This document shows positions 58,961 through 64,000 of a DNA stretch of 64,000 nt, piece by piece. The position numbers and the translations under genes were made by a program. The notes beneath the pieces were generated by a model, which saw only the letters and a program-made list of their open reading frames with translations, made no database searches and had not been told where the DNA came from. Location of the stretch: contig CP068257.2 in assembly GCA_009914755.4 (NCBI GenBank), forward strand, positions 35,552,001 through 35,616,000, read 5' to 3'. Position 1 is the stretch's first letter. Every line of letters starts with the position of its first letter. The stretch is from the human T2T-CHM13v2.0 reference genome, Homo sapiens.

Positions 58961-59250
58961 AAAAGTCCTGGCCAGGCACAGTGGCTCAGGCCCGTAATCC
59001 CAGGGCTTTGGGAGGCAAAGGCAGGAGGATCACTTGAGGCCAGGAGTTCAAGAACAGCCTGTGTAACACAGCAAGACCCCATCTCTAAAAAATGTTTTAA
59101 AAATTAGCTGGGCAGGCTGGTGCACACCTGTAGTCTCAGTTACGTGGGAGGCAGAGGCAGGAGGATTGCTTGAGGCTCCAGTGAGCAATGATTACACCAG
59201 TGCACTCCAGTCTGGGTGACAAGAATGAGATGCTGTCTCTTAAAAAAAAA
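58961..59250 (+). repeat. Alu (J-like)
   Basis: ggccaggcacagtggctcaggcccgtaatcccagggctttgggaggcaaaggcaggaggatcacttgaggccaggag... Confidence 0.9.
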
Positions 59251-60114
59251 ACATTCAAAGATGTTCCCAATTGTACAATTTTTAAAACCCAAGACATTTA
59301 TTTTATTTCATGGAAATTTGAAGAAAACTAGTTTCTTTGACGCTTGATGAGAAGCCTACAAACCTTTACTCTGCACACCTGACGCTGGCCAGGAAGGACT
59401 GATGATGGTCTAGAGCAGGGGTGTCCACTCTTTTGGCTTCCCTGGGCCACGTTGGAAGAAGAAGAATTGTCTTGGGTCACACATAAAATATATTAACACT
59501 AATGATAGCTGATGAGCTAAAAAAAAATCACAGAAACAAAATCTCATGTTTTAAGGTTTATGAATTTGTGTTGGGTCACATTCAAAGCCATCCTGGCCGG
59601 TGGGCTGTGGGTTGAATGGGCTTGGTCTAGACAGAGACAATTTTTCTAGGAATCTTTACCTCTGGCTGGATCCCAGTTACTGAAAGGATCAGATATTGGC
59701 ATACTACTGTCCAACAGAAACATAATGCAAGCTGCGAGTGGAAGCCACATATATAATTTGGAATTTTCTGGTAGCCACATTAAAAAAGAAGGTAAAATTA
59801 ACGAATATATCAAAAGTGTTATCACTTCCACATATAATCAATATCAAAAATATGAATGATGTTTTACATTCTTCTTTTCATCCTGAGTCTTTGAAATCTG
59901 GTCAGTATTTACACATCCAACTCAGCTACTTGGTCCAGCCATGTGTCCAGGGTCAATGGTGATGTGTGGCTGGTGGCCACCTGATCAGGCAGTGAAGCTC
60001 TGGACCTGAAAAGCCCGGGACTCTGGACCTGGCAGTCCCCAAAGGTACAGACCTCTGAAGAAGTCTGCATTCAAGATGGAGCTTTTATTTATTTGTTTTT
60101 ATTATAAACATTTT

Positions 60115-60385
60115 TAGAGACAGGGTCTTGCTCTGTTGCCCAGGCTGGAGTACATGGCTCACTGCAGCCTCACCTCCTGGGCTCAGGCAATCCTTTTGCC
60201 TAAGCCTCCCTAGTAGCTGGGACTACGATCGCATGCCACCACACCCAGCTAATTTTTACATTTTTCTTTTGTAGAGACAGGTTCTATGTTGCCCACGCTG
60301 GTCTTGAACTCCTGACCTTAAGTGATCCTCCTGCCTTGGCCTCCCAAAGTGGTGGGATTCCAGGCATGATCTACTGTGCCTGGCC
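60115..60385 (-). repeat. Alu (antisense, J-like)
   Basis: agagacagggtcttgctctgttgcccaggctggagtacatggctcactgcagcctcacctcctgggctcaggcaatcc...ggcatgatctactgtgcctggcc. Confidence 0.9.
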
Positions 60386-62595
60386 AAGACAGAGTTTTAA
60401 AAATAACTAAGAGAAGCTATTTGTGTAGAAAAACAAAAAGCAGTAGCAGTACACATTAAAATTCTTTTAGGCGACTGATGAAAAAGGATAGCTTTCAACA
60501 TTCAGCTCAAGATACTGACTAAACAATCATTTTCCCTCTCCTCCCACTGACATGATATTAACATATACAAATAAAATAAACCTATACTATTTTGAGTCTG
60601 AGCTCCAGCCTAGTAGTTCCTGTAAAGCTGTCTTATATCCTTCCAATAAATCTCTTTTCTACTTAAAAATCTACAAGATTTTCTACAATACATCTCTTTT
60701 CTACTTAAAAAGCAAAACAAAAAACCACCAGTGGCATTTTGTGAATAAGCAATTTTATTTTATTTGCTTTATGTGTTATTTTCTTATTTTCCAACAATAA
60801 ACCTGAATGGTTCTGTGGAAAGAAAAGTTCTTCGTGTTTACAAATAAACCTATACCTAGAAAAGCCACAAGGAACGCCCCGTGGGGACCACCCCAGTGAA
60901 GTGTTTCTGTCCGGCAGAAAGTGGACAGACAATCCGGCTCCCGGGAGTTCGGGGCACCCGTCCTCCAGGTGGCAGGGGGAGCGGTGAGAGCGGGTGTGCT
61001 CGCAGGGCGTGTGGTCAGCCTGCCATCGGGCGGGGGCCTGCGAAGGGCAGTAGGCAGGTATCACAGGTGAGCTCACCAGATGGGGGAAGCTGCCACAGAC
61101 TGGCACCACAGCTTCCTGCAAAGGGGATCTCCCACCCGGAAAAGCAGACTCGGGGCAAGGTAGGACAAGTGTCCCACGTCATTCACAGCCACAATGCAGA
61201 CAGCGAGCCTCTGGACTCAGGAGACAAGCTGCCTACAAACACCCCGGCCACGTGCCACACCCAGGGCAGAGCGCCTCTGATGAGCACGTGCTGAGGACCA
61301 GGAGAACAGGTTCTCACCTGGGCTAAGGATACAGCCTCTACAACACCACCACACACATTAGATCCTCATTTGTAAATGTAAACTGACAACCGAGGATCAA
61401 TACACATTTAAGGAAAACAAAAGCAAGAAAAAGACACACACACTCGACAAACAGAACCAACCCCTGAGAAACAGAATCAATACAGGAAAAGGAGATGAAA
61501 GGCCACTGCGTCCGTCATGGAAGCAGCAGCTATCCCGAAGAAGAAACGGTGTCTAGAAATGAATCACATTACTGCTGAGGTCAGCGCTTCCGCAGACAGG
61601 CTACAGAGGTGGGAGACGGGAGTCTGAGTGGCCCACTGGGGTCGCGTGCCCTCAGAGCCCGGAGAAGGGAGACGTGCAGAACAGACAGAGGAGTGGCCTT
61701 TCCTCCCTCACCTGTCTGAAAGGCTCCCCACGACACATGTCCAGCCTCTGAGGGATGAGGCCAATGACATCCCAGGGCCCAGGCCTCCCAGCTTGTCCTT
61801 CACTTGATCCTAGTCAGTGTGGTCCAGACAGCAGAATAAAGAATTAGAGGAAGGATGAAAAGTTACATCCAGGAAGAACTACAGGACTCCACTGTTTAGG
61901 AGAAATGCATGGCAGTGGATGAGAGGGCAAGATCAGGGAGGCCGGGGCCAGGCAGAGTTTTGGACGGGCCCAAGTTCACCGTGCAGCTCGAGGGACCAGC
62001 TGAGGCTCCACCAGCGGCTGCCACTGACAGCCAGACAGCCCTGTCCTGATGCAGGAGGCGGGGGAGCTGGGCTGGCACTGCCCAGGCGTCTGTGTCCTCA
62101 CTGTACCTGCCCTGGCCGTGAGGCGTCCACCACGGAGGGCACTGCGGAATCTTTGAAAAGCACGTTGCTGCCCGGCCTCTGTCTGATGGGAATGCTGGGG
62201 AAGAAACTGCAAACTAAACATCCATGGAGGATGACAACAGGCCAGGGGGCCGGGCGCAGGCCCCGGCTAACCATGAGAAATGAAGGGACGTGGCCGTGTC
62301 ATGGGCAGCAGGGGGTCTTGGGGGCCCATGATGCAGTAAAACTGAGGGAAAATGGTGAGATTAATAGACATGGACCCTCCCTGAGGAACTTTTCAAAAGC
62401 AGTCCTCTTCTAAGCTGCTTTACTGAGCTTAAAAAGGAAATCAAATGGAAAATACTGAGTAATTTGGGTACAATCAGAAATCTCTGCTGGCTGATGACGT
62501 GATTTCCAAATGAAGACCACCCGGGCAATAGCTAGTCCGTGGGGTCTGGCTGCTGGGAAGATACCCACGGCATTCGCCTGTGCAGGACGTCTTAC

Positions 62596-62670
62596 CTCTT
62601 TGACGTTCTGTAAGGTTTCAGGTGTAATCGTGAAGTCCACGGGACTGGGAGTAAACTTCCCCTTCTGAGG
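62596..62670 (-). CDS. VPS26C: VPS26C (DSCR3) coding exon
   Basis: Minus strand: acceptor cgttttag|CCTCAG, donor AAAGAG|gtaaga. Frame PQKGKFTPSPVDFTITPETLQNVKE (within ORF-track 62410..62640). Confidence 0.75.
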
Positions 62671-63580
62671 CTAAAACGAGAGGTGAAACCGAAATCAGTA
62701 GGTGAAGGCCAAGAGTTCTGCAGGTCAAATAGCTTTTCCCTTTCAAAAATAAACCAACGGCAGCCTGGCGATGCAGGAAGGACGGGGAACTAAGAGGCGC
62801 AAGCCTGGGTCCTGAACACAGTTCTGTCAAATTTCCCCATCTTGCTGAAACTCAGTTTCCTCATCTGTAAAATGAGGGGAGAGATGTCTTAATCTCCAAC
62901 GTGCCTTTCAGATTCAGAATTTTAAAATCAGATCTAAGAAACAGAACAGTGTTATTGGCAAGTACTTATTTGAAACCTCAGCACAGTGACCCTCCAAAGG
63001 GCTCTTCACACCTCCCAGATGGTCCCACTTCACAGACGAGGCAAGCGGGGCAGAGAGCTCAGTGGCCTGCTCAGCTCAGTGGTGGAGCTGGGGGGCTGAG
63101 CATTGAACCCAGGAGGTCAGGTTGCTATTGGCCTCTGAGCTATAGAGCTGTCACCTGAAGAATCATACTTTAAACGTTACCAAAACAGCAGTAACAGTGA
63201 TCACCTCCATGTTACATAATTTCAGAATCTACAGATACAGCCGAGCTTCATGAGAGCCTGCCTGGCATTTTTTATCCAGGGGCTGGGATGCAAAGGGCCA
63301 GTCTACCATCCAGAGAGCCAGGGGGAGGAAAGGTCCTGCCTGATGTGCCGACGTGGAGTCCCTCTGGCCCGCGGCCTCAGCTGGGGGACTCTGGGCCCAG
63401 GACAATGATGCACACGTGATGCGCATGCCACCGACTGTCTCTGACCCAGAAGTCTTGTGTCTTCTGCCAGCACCCGTGAAACAGTAAGAGGCTAAATGGT
63501 GAGCTTGTAAATAGGGTAAACTCTCAGACCCCATGGGAGATTCCTATCATTAAGCACCAGAGTCCCCGAGTGAAGCTTAC

Positions 63581-63661
63581 AGCGGAGTGAACGATAAATT
63601 CACAGGTCTTTGTCAAGTCCTTGGCCAACAGAGACCGCTTCATGTCACAGCGCAGTGTATA
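63581..63661 (-). CDS. VPS26C: VPS26C (DSCR3) coding exon
   Basis: Minus strand: acceptor ccctttag|TATACA, donor TCCGCT|gtaagc. Frame YTLRCDMKRSLLAKDLTKTCEFIVHSA. 81 bp, phase 0. Confidence 0.75.
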
Positions 63662-64000
63662 CTAAAGGGGAGAGTTGGAGGAAAAAAGTTCATTTTAGTG
63701 GGATTTGCTTTCATCTTGGAATTATATTCAAAGAGACAAGTCAGTCAACATATTTTAGGGAAATGTTGTACAATCAGTGCATTATAGAAAATTAACATAC
63801 ATAATATAATACATAATAGGATAGTTAATGTTCAAAATAAAGGCATTTCTGTTTTAAAAATGAACCACTTTAAGGTTATTCTTCAATCTGTTTGCACAGC
63901 TGGCCTGCAGTTGGACCCACTGGCAAACAGGTGCACGGTCCCACCTGTAGCAGGGAGCAGGCTGGCGAGACAGAAAGGGCAGTGCGCTCAGGAGCAGACG

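Noticed and set aside
61919-62413. 164-aa ORF (plus strand) upstream of a VPS26C exon
   Set aside because: GC-rich intronic sequence on the strand opposite the gene. Overlapped by a minus-strand ORF (61976..62221). No domain-like sequence.

Overview
This window is human genomic DNA, not a prokaryotic locus. It is recognisable as the chromosome 21q22.13 Down-syndrome-critical-region interval TTC3 – DSCR9 – VPS26C (DSCR3). About 40% of it is Alu/L1/MIR/LTR repeats.

The plus strand carries the last 11 coding exons of TTC3 (E3 ubiquitin ligase). They start with a coiled-coil exon at 2811 and end with the RING-H2 finger, which is split over the last two exons (30458-30550 and 31666-31800, stop TAG at 31798-31800). 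A ~1.5 kb 3'UTR follows, with AATAAA signals at 32002 and 33309.

The minus strand carries the last five coding exons of VPS26C/DSCR3: 63661-63581, 62670-62596, 58592-58445, 58027-57875 and 55851-55769 (stop), plus a ~2.1 kb 3'UTR ending near 53645. The two protein-coding genes converge.

Between them lies the primate-specific lncRNA DSCR9. Its reported 149-aa hypothetical ORF is reproduced exactly in length by ORF 51318-51767. That ORF sits inside a dense CpG island (about 50880-51720), which is itself preceded by an LTR-like element with three tandem CCAAT-box repeats and a TATA-like box (about 49950-50480).

Other notable elements:
- a 7SL (SRP RNA) retropseudogene with a 15-bp target-site duplication (TSD), nested in an old L1 (45830-46153);
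- a 3'-truncated-copy L1 insertion with a 23-bp TSD and an apparent ~85-bp 3' transduction (10614-11073);
- two different Alus sharing a triplicated TSD (5171-5850);
- a Tigger-like DNA-transposon remnant (24400-25020);
- a THE1/MST-type MaLR LTR (36745-37110);
- an L1PA 3' end on the minus strand (51990-53300);
- intronic minisatellites in VPS26C (57476-57830);
- several (GT)n and (GGAA)n microsatellites.

No rRNA/tRNA genes, CRISPR arrays or prokaryotic-style systems are present. The large ORFs in the track outside the exons listed are Alu/L1-derived or GC-rich spurious frames.

Exon boundaries were derived by hand from splice consensus plus reading-frame continuity. Gene identities rest on my recollection of the TTC3 and VPS26C protein sequences and of approximate inter-gene distances on chr21; these should be confirmed by alignment to GRCh38.
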